A DNA stretch of 64,000 nucleotides from Aplysia californica (Eukaryota), in contig NW_004797275.1 in the NCBI RefSeq assembly GCF_000002075.1, positions 1,418,259 to 1,482,258 of the forward strand, written 5' to 3'. Of this stretch, positions 51,513 to 62,375 are shown in pieces. The notes below the pieces were generated by a model. It was not told the origin of the DNA. It saw only the letters and a list, made by a program, of their open reading frames with translations, and ran no database searches. How positions within the stretch are numbered: position 1 is the stretch's first letter; each line of letters starts with the position of its first letter. The position numbers and the translations under genes are program-made.

Positions 51513-54500
51513 TGTGTGTGTATGTGTATGTGAGCCTGTAAAAACGCCCAAATATCGAGGATGCAAACTGAGATGCCAGTGTTTCTGGCAGAACAAGCAA
51601 TTCTGATGCTGTTTCAAAAGTTTTTGAGTCATGAGATTGTTTTAGTAAAGGTTTTTCGGCGCTCGCAACTGCATATGGCGATATGAGCGCCAGAAGATTA
51701 GAAGTGTTACAAGGGAGTAACAAACATAAAAAAGAAGGAGGGGAGATAAAGACAATAGATGATGTTTGATAGGAAAGAAGGATCAAACCACACCAGAGCA
51801 CCCGCCAACCACCCACATGAGATATTTTGTGACACAAGATAAAGGGGTGTACAAAGTGGAGAAAACAAACAGTCATGACTCCAATTTTGAGACTTCAAAT
51901 TGTTGTATATTGTACACTTCACATCCTAACTAATTACAGTCAAACCTGCTCTAACAACCTTCTAGGACGATCGTTTCTACAATAAACGACGATTCCTTCC
52001 AGCGCCCCCCCCCCCCTACCCCTCCCAACAAAAAAACACTTTGCATTTTTTTCTCTATAACAATGACACTGTCCAGGAAGGACCACTTTTCTAAGATGAC
52101 CACTTTTCTTCTCGCCGAGGGATAATCTTTCTAAGACAAGTTCAACTGTATATTTAACATGTTAATGAGTCAAAATGTGTTTTACCCTTCCCACGTACGA
52201 TGTGCAAATGGATAAACATTCAATCTTAGCACAAATTCTATTTTGTAAGCATCAGAATAGAAAATGATGCAGGCACCCANNNNNNNNNNNNNNNNNNNNN
52301 NNNNNNNNNNNNNNNNNNNNNNNNNNNNNNNNNNNNNNNNNNNNNNNNNNNNNNNNNNNNNNNNNNNNNNNNNNNNNNNNNNNNNNNNNNNNNNNNNNNN
52401 NNNNNNNNNNNNNNNNNNNNNNNNNNNNNNNNNNNNNNNNNNNNNNNNNNNNNNNNNNNNNNNNNNNNNNNNNNNNNNNNNNNNNNNNNNNNNNNNNNNN
52501 NNNNNNNNNNNNNNNNNNNNNNNNNNNNNNNNNNNNNNNNNNNNNNNNNNNNNNNNNNNNNNNNNNNNNNNNNNNNNNNNNNNNNNNNNNNNAAGGAGCA
52601 AAAAATAACAGGGAGAAAAAAATTGTGATATTGAAACAACAACAAAAAAGGCATGAAACAGAAACATACTCTCCCACAGTCTCTTCGTAATGAGTTATCC
52701 ATTGGTTGTCTACATCACTGAGGGAGTCTACAGCTCCGTTGTTGATGTAAGTTTTAAATTCTGACATGACTGGGTCATACGTTGCGGGCTGGACAGAGTC
52801 GATCACGATGGCATTAGCGGCTGCTGAGCTCTTTGAGGTGAGGAATATTCTGAAAAACAAAAGTATTCACAAAATCAGTGCAAAAAGTTCACCATACGAG
52901 ACTCAACAGTTTTATTTGTTTTTGTAAGTTTTACCATCATCATTATTATATAATACTTATTAGTGGTATTACTATTATCATCATTATTACTATTATCATA
53001 ATCATTATTTTTCCTGTTACTATTATTATTATCATTATTATTATTACTATTTTTTATTACCACTATTATCATAATCACCATTATCACTTTTCTTATTATT
53101 ATCGTTTGTGTTATTACTATGGAACATGATAAGTCTTATTTCATTATAGGCTGAAAAAAATACATGGTGTTTCTCATAGTCTAATAAAAGCATAGAAAGA
53201 CTTAAACTAGGGGATCAAATTTAATTTTATAGTTGTGATTGGCATGTCCACAAAGATATTCTATTTGTGTATCACATCATTTTCGAATGTCACCGACATC
53301 CGACATCAGTATTGAAATAGCTACGCTCTTTGCCACTGCAACCACAAGTAAGATAAATTCCCACAAGGGAAAGCCTATTTCATACAGTATCTTTCTTTTT
53401 TTTTTCTGCTAAGATATTATATCCTACTCAGTCTGAGTAAGCCTTGACAGGCAGAGTCAAGGTAGCCCGCCTCCTATAACAACAAAATTCAGGCCACATG
53501 CAGGCAGCGTAAAAACATTTACAATCAACTATCGCGAGCTGCCCCGCCAAGAACAAGTGACCATCTACTATCAACACAATATATTAGACTCAAAATCAAC
53601 ACCTACATATTATGCTGTAAAGCGCACAGAGTATGCTGTAGAGCATGGATATGCGCTATAAAAATGACTGATACAATCGCCAAACCAGTGTGGAGAAGCA
53701 GACCAAACTGTGGAACACATCCTCCTGCGGACACAAATAAAATATGTCCAACCCCATACACACTACATGAGAAACTGTACACGCCAGCAAAGGGCCTAAG
53801 CAGGATGACCCTGTATATGACAGAGATACAGACTTTCAAGCGTGGTCCAATCAAAAAAAAGAAGAAGAACCACTCATATCTCTGTTGCTTCCAATATCTG
53901 AGGTAAAGATGAACCCAAGTTCCCCATTTCACACAGCCAGCACTAAGTCAGCTAAAGTTGTGCCTCAGGGGGACGTAGAACATCTACAACCAACTACTCA
54001 CATGTTTCTTCCAATTTCTGAGGTCAAGATGAACCGGAGTTCGCCATTCACTGCGTCATTGTTTCCATTGGCGATGGTACCCAGCAATATGTCCAGCTTA
54101 GCTCTGGACATCAGAGGAACAACGTACTTTGCCTTTAAGCGAGGCTTCAACTGCGTGTCCACAAAGGTATCCATCTGAAGACATTGATCAGAAATTACTT
54201 TCAAAATATTATTATTTAGTCGGACGTCTATATTCAGATGTACTAAGACCAACATTTTGACCAGTTTTTGCAGTTTCTTCAGTATCAGTTGCATGTGTCA
54301 AGCAATATTTTGTCAAAATTCAAATTCTCAATGTTGAGAATGGCAAGAAAAATACATAAACTACATACAATTGTAGAAAGAATGAAATAGTAATTTTTCC
54401 TCTCTCTTGAAAAATGTTGCTATCTGGGCCTAAGACATTTGGACAGCTTGCTGACAATTTGAAATACATGCGTAAGTTCAAAGGTCCTATCTAAAACAAC

Positions 54501-57500
54501 AGTAGCTGCTGTCAGTCTATCGGGGATACATCTAGAAAGAATCTAAAAATCAACAACTTATGGTATTTAAGATTTAAACAACTTCAAAGCTCTGCCAGTG
54601 AGTTACTTGGAAGCATTTTATTCAAAAACATTTGTGAGGTATCAGAGAAACAGGCACTTTTCAGCCAGTTTGGCAATTTTCATCAAATTTTTTTTTCCGG
54701 CTCAGCACCTTGTATGTCCCTATAAAATCCTTTTTCGATGTGAACTTTACTGAAAAGCATTGATTAAAGGCAGAAAATAAGTCATTTTTCAGTTTTTAAA
54801 GGACTCTCAAACCACAGAAGCTACCAAACTTTGGCAGCAACTTTCTCCTTAATTTTACCTCTGAAATCATCAGTACAACAATGGGCGCGTTTCATAAGGA
54901 TACAGCTTTTCATGACAACTGCAACACGGAAAAAAAGAGGAAAAAAACAGACCACACCTTACACGGTGGTGTCGATAGCCTAGTGGTCAGGCTCTCGGAC
55001 TTGTAACTGAATGGTTTTTGCATCTCATTGACAGGATCAATAACAACTGGATCAATATATGCACATCATAGCAAAAGGAACTTACATCAGTGACATCATC
55101 TATGCTCTGGCTAAACTGCACACATATGTTGGATCCTTCCAGCTTCTCTTTCAACTTCATGTATGCCGAGGCCCAGAACGGATCATCAGCCAAGTATAAA
55201 ATCATCGCAAACTTCGAATTCATGTGGCGCAAGAATCCAACGACAGCCTCGATGTCATACATGAATGAGGGTCTCAGCCGAAGAAGCGTTTTCTCATCAT
55301 CAAAGGAGAGATCTGGAAAGCAAAACACAAGGTTAACAGATCTTGAGTTCAAGTTTCAATTTTTTTTTAAAGATAAATAACAGCAACATGACAAAGATCA
55401 TTCAGCGGTGGAAATGAGAAAGACAAAAGCAAACTATTGTTTATAACAGTATAGAAGTAGGGCCGACCAGCACCACTCTCCAAGCAAAAGCAAACAATAA
55501 TTCTGCACAGGAAATCGCCATCTTAAAGTTGAGGACTCAGAAGAACGGATTCATTTTTTTCAGGAAAAAACGAACTCCTTGTCTCTGGCAAGCCATGTAC
55601 AGTGGTTTGCGGTATGAACTGCTGTGCCAGTGAGCCGCTAGCAGCTGCTTGGTCACATTCCTTTAAAAAGATGACAACGTTACTATTATTTCCAGTAATA
55701 TGCGAAAACAGGTCTCTCTTAACCAATTTTTTTTTTCATTTGATGAAGAACTATCAAAATTCGTTTGATTTAATGACCAGTTTAGTGATGTGTATGTTAC
55801 TTTCAGGTTTTGTACCAAAAAAGAAAGCTCTGGCATAGTGGGAAAATCCTCGAGAAACAAAGAGTTAAGACATCTGTAACACTCAAAATACCTGTGGACA
55901 TGCACTATATAAGCGCATTTATTATTATTATATATATGTAAGAGCACAGATATGCGCTATATAAATGCAATTATTATTATTTTATATGCAATTTTTATTA
56001 TTATTATTATTATCATTATTAGATCCCACTCGGCCAAGGTTAGCCAGGTAGACAGGATTGAAGCAGCCTACCCCAAAAATTATCAAAATGTTGCCAGTAG
56101 AGGTGTAAAACATTTATATTGATATAGAAAAAGAATATCAAAGCAGCAACAAACCACCTACTTATATCAGCAGAGAAGAAACTTTACCAAAGAGTGGTCA
56201 CAAATGTTATATATTCGTACCCAGCGAGTTTGCCGTTGGGCTGAGAAGAGTAATTCCGAGATCAGAAGCAAGCATCCCTGTCCTGATAGTGTCATCGTTG
56301 TCGTAAGGCCCGACATATGCAACAAGGTTCTCCTGTTGCATTTCCTGAACTCGAATATTACACTGTGCGAAGCTGAGAACATTCCCAATGGTCTGTGAAA
56401 GAAGAACAGGATAAAGTCACCTCATGGTCAAAGGTAAGAATCATAGACATAGATCTAGGCACTCGGTCTTCATCGTCTCACCTACATAATAATTTGTGTA
56501 TTTTACACTTACAAAGAATCAGCAACAAACAGCAGTCCTAAGCCTGAGCATTTGATCCAAGTACACACTAAGAACAGCTTGCTAGACTGTGAACTGTATT
56601 CCCTAATTACTACTGCAGAGCAAAAACAACTCAACACTTTCCCATACCAGGAAAAATACAAGTGAAAAAGAACCAAAAAACCGCCAGCTGTTCAGACATA
56701 GGCCCCTTGAAAAGGAGTTTTAAGGAAAGAAGGGGCAGCACTGTATATTATAGTTGTATCATCACGCAGTGGAATCAGACGCTCGTCGCCGTAAAACCCT
56801 CTACTATAAAAAAAAAAGACGCTCGTCTTGTGTATATGAACTTATTAGTATTATCTTACAGTCTTTTAATTTGCTGTCATTTTGATGGAAAAAAAAACAT
56901 CCACAAAGGGTCATTATCTTGAGTAGACATTGAGATATTTGTGTTTGAAGGAGGTGGGGGTCTTCTTGTGTCAGAGGTAAAATCAGCAAGCAATGGCCAC
57001 CAAAATTTCATGAATTCCAAAGCTTTAGTGTCCCTGAAAACTACAAAGTTACAATTTTTGTGCCCTTGCTTTAAGGTTTTCAGTAAAATTCACACAGACA
57101 TGTCTTTTCAAAGGGACATAAAAGGCACTATTTTCAAGCCTAAAAAAAAAACTTAATAAAAATTGACCGAAGAATAGAAAATTGTGGATTTCTTCGATTT
57201 CACTATTTTGACAAGCACCCGATTTCACCAAAATGCATCACAATATTTTAAGAAAGAAGAGCACCTGTCTCAAAGAGATGTTCAGGAGAATGACAAAAAC
57301 ATATTACCTTCAAAGTCTTGTAAAATAAATACAGTCGGGTCTGCCATGATGGCAATCAGTATAATATGGCCACTTTCCATTTCCCCCCTTGCTTCTTTTT
57401 ATATAATTTAACTGTGTAAAACGGTCACCTGGGCAAGGCGGCCGCAGCTACCTTATTTTAATAACTTCAGCCAACTTTACCTGCCTAAGGCAGCCAGGCG

Positions 57501-60500
57501 TGGTCTCCACTCGCCTGACGCTTTGTCATTAATTCTTAATCGGTCCCTGACACTGTGGACGGGCTGTCATAATCCATTCACCTGTCGTTATTGTTTGTCC
57601 TTCCAATGAATGTTTACCCAAGTTGACCAATGGGTAATAAAAAAATTTCAAGTGCTGTTGAGGGATCAAAGCGTGTGATCCGGCCTATAGGCCCCGCCCA
57701 GAACTCATGCACAAATCATATGATATGATATATGTGAGGTGACTGGTCACTGTTTTGTTTACCTAATCTATAGCAAAGTAACAATGGATATTAACGTAGA
57801 CTTGCGAGAGAAGCCTCATTCATTCTCCGAGTGGTGGCAACCTGTGTGTTTGTTTTACCATGGAATTCGGTCTTCAGCGTCTTACTGACATAATATTTCA
57901 TATATTTTTCACTTACGCAGAATCACCAACAAGCAAAAGCAAACCAAATAATAAATCAACAAAACAACAGCAACAAGAACTCTTCTTACATCCCTCCACC
58001 CTCCTTTTTCAAACGAAAACAAAAGTTAACCCTTTCAAAAATTAAAATTCGCCTCACAACAGTCCTAAGCCTGAGATCAGCCCAGGTTTGGACCTTAAAA
58101 GAGAATGGTTTGCTTTTTTCATTTTGATCAGTCCTGCCTAAGACGGCCACCTGTCTTATACAACCACTTTTCTCTTTGACCAATGGGTGGTCATTTTACA
58201 CAGGTTCAACTGTATATGGTCGCTTTTAAGGACAATCAGGCTAACCCAGATTTGGGGGTTTCCAGAAATGTTGACCTACACCAAAAGTGGGTATTGCCCT
58301 ACCTATAAGAGAAGTTCGGTTTCATTGGTGTGTATAATTCTTTGGTTATAAAGAAAACTCTCCTAGTCTTTAAAAAAAATTGAACAAGGGTCCAAAAACT
58401 TTACCTTCGATTTTCTCAAAACAGCATTTTTAGGGATAGCCCCCCTTAAGGTGCTTAAAAGCCACTAAATATTTGATAACTTGAAAGAGGCAGTGTTTTT
58501 TCAAATGAAAAACAAGCCGACAACTATACCAAACACACAGTATGCATTTCTGCAACACTGGTGCAAAATCTCCTAGAAGAGCACATTTTCATGAGAAGGT
58601 AATGGTAAGTGTTTTACCGCGCTCGCAACTGTATAAGGTCATATGAACGCGCAGGCCACATTAAACATTTTCAGTTGGTAGGACATTTTGAATTTTGTGT
58701 GGGTGGTGGCCAAAGCCTACACTTATCGACTTTAGACCAGAAAAGGATCTTTAACGTGCGCAACTTGCACTCGTGACCTCCGAGATTTTTCGCCCTTGTC
58801 CAAAAAGGTTAAGTTTGGATCTTTCCTACCAGAAGATCAGGGGTGTGGCTGAAAGACAGCAGTAAGAAGGAGCCAAGGAGTAGCAGTAGAAAGGCTGCAG
58901 AAAGAGTCAGAAGTCCAGAGGAGGGGGCAAAGGAGGTGAGGGGGTGGGCGCAGAAAGTGGAGACGAAACAAAACGACAGAACATTGCTGGAGAGCAGGAA
59001 AGGAGGTGAAAGGAGACAATTTTAGAGAAGAAATATTTTTCTAGTCGCGACCCGGAGTCGAATCCGGGACCTTTGATTGAGAGGCGAACACCTTAACCTC
59101 TAGGCCAAGAGAGCCCCCTTCCATGGGAAGTGACAGCAGAGTCTGGAAAGTCTTAAACATTGTTCGTGTTGGATCCCTGGCTCTCAGCAGAGCCGACAGA
59201 ACCAGTGCTTGTTTGAGTTAGTTTTGTTTTAACAAGAGTTTTACAGCACTTGCAACACAATTAGGTCATGATATAAGTGCCCGAGATTAGAGATGTTACA
59301 AGAGAGTAACATACACAAAAAAGAAGGAGGAGAGATTTAGACAATAGACGTTTGATGGGAAATAAGGAGCAAACCATACTAGAGCAGTCGCCAACCACCC
59401 ACTTGTTTGAGTTGGCATGAGCAAATTGAAGCACACCTACACAGTACGAAACGGTAATCTAGCACAAGGGACAAATTAGAAACGAAAAGACAAAAACCAT
59501 CGAGGGAAAGGAAAGAAGTAAGACTTGCCAGTGCATGGTGCCCTCCAACCACCTGCCATGAATAGTAAATCTGAGCTTCCAAGGGAAACCGTTAGATTTA
59601 AACCAGCACACACTTAGGAGTGTGCTCTTTGTGTGGAAGGGTAAATATGTGAGGTATGCTGACAAAATGACTACTTCTCGCAATCCACAAATGGAGATAT
59701 GGCCAAAAATCGACAATGGAGTCGAATTTGTAAATTTTCTATAGATGCCATATTCTTTAAGTCTTGTATAACACGCCTTTTATTTATTTCATAGTTATAA
59801 ATTGTAAAAACTTCACTTTTTTTTCCATAGGGCTCAAATCCGATAAGTAACTCATTTTGTCAGCACTCTTCACATATAACAAATGCAGAAGTGTATGCTC
59901 AGGTCAGTAAGTTTAATGTCTCATCCTAAGATACCTACCTGCTCTGACCTTGAACAAGAGTCAAAAGCGACTGCTCCGACTGACACTGGGCTGTTGATAA
60001 CCGCCTTGTACTTATCTATAGCCCAGAAGAAAGCCTGAAAAAAGAAACAATTTATTAAAACTTTGATAAACTTGTATCCCCTTACGATTATTATTAACCC
60101 GTTAACTTAACAATTGTCCTTACATCCACATCCCCACCCCATACATTATTCATCATTCTAGTTGTCAGTACCCCAGAAGGTACTCTCCCAATACGCAACT
60201 TAGTAGGAGTGGGTTTGATTCCTAAAATTGGTTTAGATTTAGTATCTAACTTAACGAATGACGAGTGTATCAGTTGGGGACTTAACACACTCGGGGGGGG
60301 GGGGGGGGGGGGGGGGTGTAAACCTTATAATAACAATAATAGATAGCATTTGTATAGTGCAAATTCCAGCTCAACAGCAAGCTGTATGCCCTTTACAATC
60401 TGACCAATAAAATTATTACCCCAGCAGACCTGATAGCATTCTGAAACAATCTCAACTACCTGGGAAGCTTAAAGTGCAAACTGCCCTTTTATAAGTGCTA

Positions 60501-61061
60501 AAACCCTAGAGGACAAAAAGGTCTTGTAAACGTATACTAATTAGTTCAAAGATATTGATCTTCGGAAGCTACCTTCCCTCCTATCCCTCTTTCCCACACC
60601 CATTCTTTCTTAGATTAGAAACGAAAGACTTCTATCTGACTCAACAATAATAGCAAACCGTTATAAATTGATATCAGACAGAGACTAAAATAAGGAAGTG
60701 GGATTTAAGGTAAGCAGTTACACAGAGCGGTTCTGATTACCAACCCAGAGACAATCACAGGCAAATTGCCGTAAATGCAAAAGAAAAGGATAAAAATGAA
60801 AAATACCAATAAGTCAATAATTCCATTCGTAGTCATAGTGGAGTCACATGTGTAGGCGTTGGTGCCTCTCTGGTGTAGATCGAAAAGACCCCCAATGACA
60901 AAGTACTGGTTCGAGACTGCATTCTTGGGATCTCGAATAGCAATATTGTCAACATAACAGGCAGAGCACGTTGTATCAGGAAGTGATGCGCATGTCTGGC
61001 AGTCCACGCCGATGACTAGCACTATGAAGGCGAAGCATATCGCAGTCAGAGAATGCCCCAT
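32965..61061 (-). CDS. Orphan class C (mGluR-like) GPCR, complete CDS, 16 coding exons, 980 aa: join 61061-60807, 60034-59939, 56392-56221, 55312-55086, 54174-54002, 52849-52670, 50965-50881, 49211-48987, 48695-48502, 47456-47156, 46106-45918, 43361-43078, 41858-41717, 41279-41096, 35069-34869, 32999-32965
   Basis: Manual splicing gives all GT-AG introns, consistent phases and 2943 nt without internal stops. Signal peptide MGHSLTAICFAFIVLVIGVDC. VFT motifs VIGGLFDLH, AFFWAID, AFDSCS, VAYVGP, LLSPTA, NQWITHY. Class C 7TM motifs CGITRF..AVLLVK (TM3), NHRES (ICL3/TM6), IWLAW (TM6), FLPK (TM7). Confidence 0.93.
33056..33410 (-). mobile_element. tRNA-derived SINE family E with Meta/CORE-like core and L2-type (ATT)n tail (partial copy ~60327-60500)
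   Basis: A box TGGCCTAGTGG, B box GGTTCAAATCC, core GTGTCCTTGGGAAAGGCACTT...CACCCAGGTG..AATGGGTACC, tail GCTATACAAATGC(TATT)n. Confidence 0.82.
34869..35069 (-). CDS. Class C GPCR exon 15 (C-tail)
   Basis: tttccccccag|TG GCG...CGC C|gtaagt, phase 1-1, open frame. Confidence 0.8.
37787..40140 (-). mobile_element. 5'-truncated non-LTR retrotransposon, CR1 group (Rex1/Babar-like), in GPCR intron 14
   Basis: Endonuclease C-terminus TIDLCY..PPLGDSDH, TDW..F, PNNKPWVT; RT with RPVALT, FVDFSSAFNTI, GGPQGCVLSP, FADD; C-terminal DHSHPL..RYRNSF; AATAAA plus (ATTGTC)n tail; (TA)n on both flanks. Confidence 0.92.
38035..39723 (-). CDS. Reverse transcriptase ORF (562 aa, uninterrupted part of LINE ORF2)
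   Basis: ORF track; all RT motifs present. The upstream part has one premature TAG (~39802) and a frameshift (~39750). Confidence 0.85.
40408..40852. repeat. Polypurine low-complexity tract (GAAGA/GGAGG/GAATA pentamers)
   Basis: ~440 bp almost entirely purine on +. Confidence 0.9.
41096..41279 (-). CDS. Class C GPCR exon 14 (proximal C-tail)
   Basis: gccaaag|GTG AGG...CCC A|gtaagg, phase 0-1; GC3-rich codons. Confidence 0.88.
41717..41858 (-). CDS. Class C GPCR exon 13 (TM6-TM7, FLPK)
   Basis: ctctacag|T ATC CCC...CCA AAG|gtagac; IPIWLAW...ACIAFGLFLTATLILFAMFLPK. The acceptor is triplicated (see findings). Confidence 0.9.
41849..42046. repeat. 3 x 66-bp tandem repeat spanning the exon 13 acceptor
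   Basis: Units start at 41849, 41915 and 41981; the first two are identical. Confidence 0.95.
43078..43361 (-). CDS. Class C GPCR exon 12 (end of TM4, ECL2, TM5, start of TM6)
   Basis: tcctcag|ATC...TTC AG|gtcagc; QWL...PP, ECL2 Cys, SLIYIMLMILI, NHRESVFIG. Confidence 0.92.
45008..45512 (-). mobile_element. tRNA-derived SINE family C
   Basis: On -, A box TGGTCGAGAGG and B box GGTTCAAATCC; same 3' tail as families A and B; second copy at 58605-59108. Confidence 0.82.
45918..46106 (-). CDS. Class C GPCR exon 11 (TM3-TM4)
   Basis: atttcag|GCA ACA TGC...CAG|gtaagc; CGITRFGVGVSYAICFAVLLVK. Confidence 0.92.
47156..47456 (-). CDS. Class C GPCR exon 10 (TM1-TM2)
   Basis: ctttcag|C ACT...AAG|gtaaat; WVIALGVLAGVGILAVIIFEIYIL and LGQLLLFGIFLAYLVLFAYIFVP. 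Confidence 0.92.
48502..48695 (-). CDS. Class C GPCR exon 9 (end of VFT, SECPNAGECC, Pro/Thr stalk)
   Basis: ctcaacag|ATT GGA...TAC AG|gtaatg, phase 0-2. Confidence 0.85.
48987..49211 (-). CDS. Class C GPCR exon 8 (GMDKAMQDC...YEYYIF...AFEK)
   Basis: ccttccag|GGT...AAA|gtaagc, phase 0-0. Confidence 0.88.
49640..50630. repeat. 22-bp minisatellite (GAGAACATGAAGGAATGTTTAT), split by a family B insertion
   Basis: Visible periodicity at 49640-49980 and 50405-50630. Confidence 0.9.
50881..50965 (-). CDS. Class C GPCR exon 7 (IPKIDD...RTIMSVELVMK)
   Basis: gtcaacag|A ATA...AAG|gttagt, phase 2-0; needed to restore frame between exons 6 and 8. Confidence 0.8.
51937..52148. mobile_element. Short Tc1/pogo-type MITE (related pieces ~27722-28142 and ~58130-58212)
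   Basis: TA|CAGTCAAACCTG...CAAGTTCAACTG|TA with internal GACCAC repeats. Confidence 0.65.
52670..52849 (-). CDS. Class C GPCR exon 6 (IFLTSK...DNQWITHYEE)
   Basis: tttttcag|A ATA...GA|gtatgt, phase 2-2; N-x-W motif of the VFT. Confidence 0.85.
53874..53985 (-). pseudogene. Decayed partial tandem duplicate of GPCR exon 5
   Basis: NGELGFIFTSDIGSN vs NGELRFILTSEIGRN; has indels, an internal deletion and no intact GT donor. Confidence 0.7.
54002..54174 (-). CDS. Class C GPCR exon 5 (MDTFVD...LRFILTSEIGRN)
   Basis: tcttcag|ATG...AT|gtgagt, phase 0-2. Confidence 0.85.
55086..55312 (-). CDS. Class C GPCR exon 4 (DLSFDDEKTLLRLRPS...NICVQF)
   Basis: ctttccag|AT...GAT|gtaagt, phase 1-0. Confidence 0.9.
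56221..56392 (-). CDS. Class C GPCR exon 3 (TIGNV...VAYVGPYDN...LLSPTANSL)
   Basis: ttcacag|ACC...CTG G|gtacga, phase 0-1. Confidence 0.88.
58605..59108 (-). mobile_element. tRNA-derived SINE family C, second copy
   Basis: Aligns over its full length with 45008-45512. Confidence 0.82.
59648..59876. mobile_element. ~230-bp MITE family H (copy at ~48210-48438)
   Basis: TGTGAGG..TGCTGACAAAATGA / TCATTTTGTCAGCA..TCACA inverted ends. Confidence 0.65.
59939..60034 (-). CDS. Class C GPCR exon 2 (AFFWAIDKY...AFDSCSRSEQ)
   Basis: tttttcag|GCT...CAG|gtaggt, phase 0-0; matches the VFT 'AM.FAI..IN......LG....DTC' pattern. Confidence 0.9.
60807..61061 (-). CDS. Class C GPCR coding exon 1 (signal peptide, start of VFT)
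   Basis: ttatttcag|ATG GGG CAT...GAC TTA TTG|gtattt; encodes YFVIGGLFDLHQRG..YTC. The acceptor directly before the ATG implies upstream exon(s). Confidence 0.9.
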
Positions 61062-61560
61062 CTGAAATAAAACAGTAGCACATTCATTCAAAATGATCCC
61101 AGGAAAAAAATTAGTGGGAAGTGTGACATTATCATTGCTACAAAAACAAGGCAGCAGTGAAATCTATAATATTCTACAGACCTAAAAGTACTTTACATTG
61201 CACATAATTATATTTCATATAATATCCATACTATAACACGGGACAGCACTGAAAGATAAAAGCACATTATAAAACAACTGAACGCACAAATTAATAAGCA
61301 TTCTAAGACAAGTGAACTGTCGAATGGAGAAAATAAAAACAACAAGCAGAAACGCCGCTGACTATTTACTATCCTGAAAACTTAAAGAATTCCAAAGTAA
61401 ATTGGAAAAACATGTTTTACATGACATGTAAAAATTTCTGAACTACCCTGACAGAACGGGCTTAACCAAAAAGCCGTCAGGCTATTTATAACTTTTTTTA
61501 AATATTCAAAACTGTGCAGTTAAATAACTAATCATGTGGTCTTTTTAACAAAATACACTA

Positions 61561-62375
61561 CAGTAGAGTCCACTTATAACGAGTCCTGAAATAACGAGAA
61601 GTCTGTTATAAAGACACTATTCTAAATACCCGTTTTTTTTCCTTCTTTGTCTCTGTAAATAAAATACTGCTATAGCGCAATCAGACAAACACACGGGTCG
61701 GTTATAGCAGAATACTGCTGCTGCAGTGAAGAGCGCACAGGCCAATAATACATATTATATAATATAACTTTGCCAGTTGAATAGCTTTTGGTGATCTAGC
61801 GAAACAAAGGAAGGGAGAGCCCACGTGTGCAAACAATGAAGGCCGGAGCTAATGAGTGGGGAGCGGTGTGGCATGCGCAGACAAGCAGAACACATCGCGT
61901 GGTAGGCCAGCCTAGTCTAGATAATCTAGGCCTACCATGCCTCACACTTCTCTGATGCGGGGATGGACAGGTCATAATGCTGTGATGGATGGAGTGAATG
62001 TGTGACTTGTGACGTGCGCAAGCAGACGAAATGCACCACAGGGTGTGGTGGGGCGGGGGACAACACAGAGGGCTAGTTAGCCTAGCCCTTTCTTTCTGAT
62101 CGCCAACGCCAAGCTGTCAACATCTCTAGCACTAAACAAAGAAACCTGATTTGATTTTTGATCAAGTAAGACCTAGAGATCATGTAAAACAGAATCATCA
62201 TCAGGGGAGATAACAAAAAGAAACAAACAGAACACCAAACTCATAGATTAGGCCTACTTTGACTTTATTATTTCCATTGAATTTATTTTATTATGGCATC
62301 CCTTATAACGAGAATCCTGCTATAACGGACATTTCGCACCGGTCCCCTCCGTCTCGTTATAACAGGATTCCACTG
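61561..62375. mobile_element. Pogo/Tigger-like non-autonomous element
   Basis: TA|CAGTAGAGTCCACTTATAACGAG ... CTCGTTATAACAGGATTCCACTG|TA. Confidence 0.78.
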
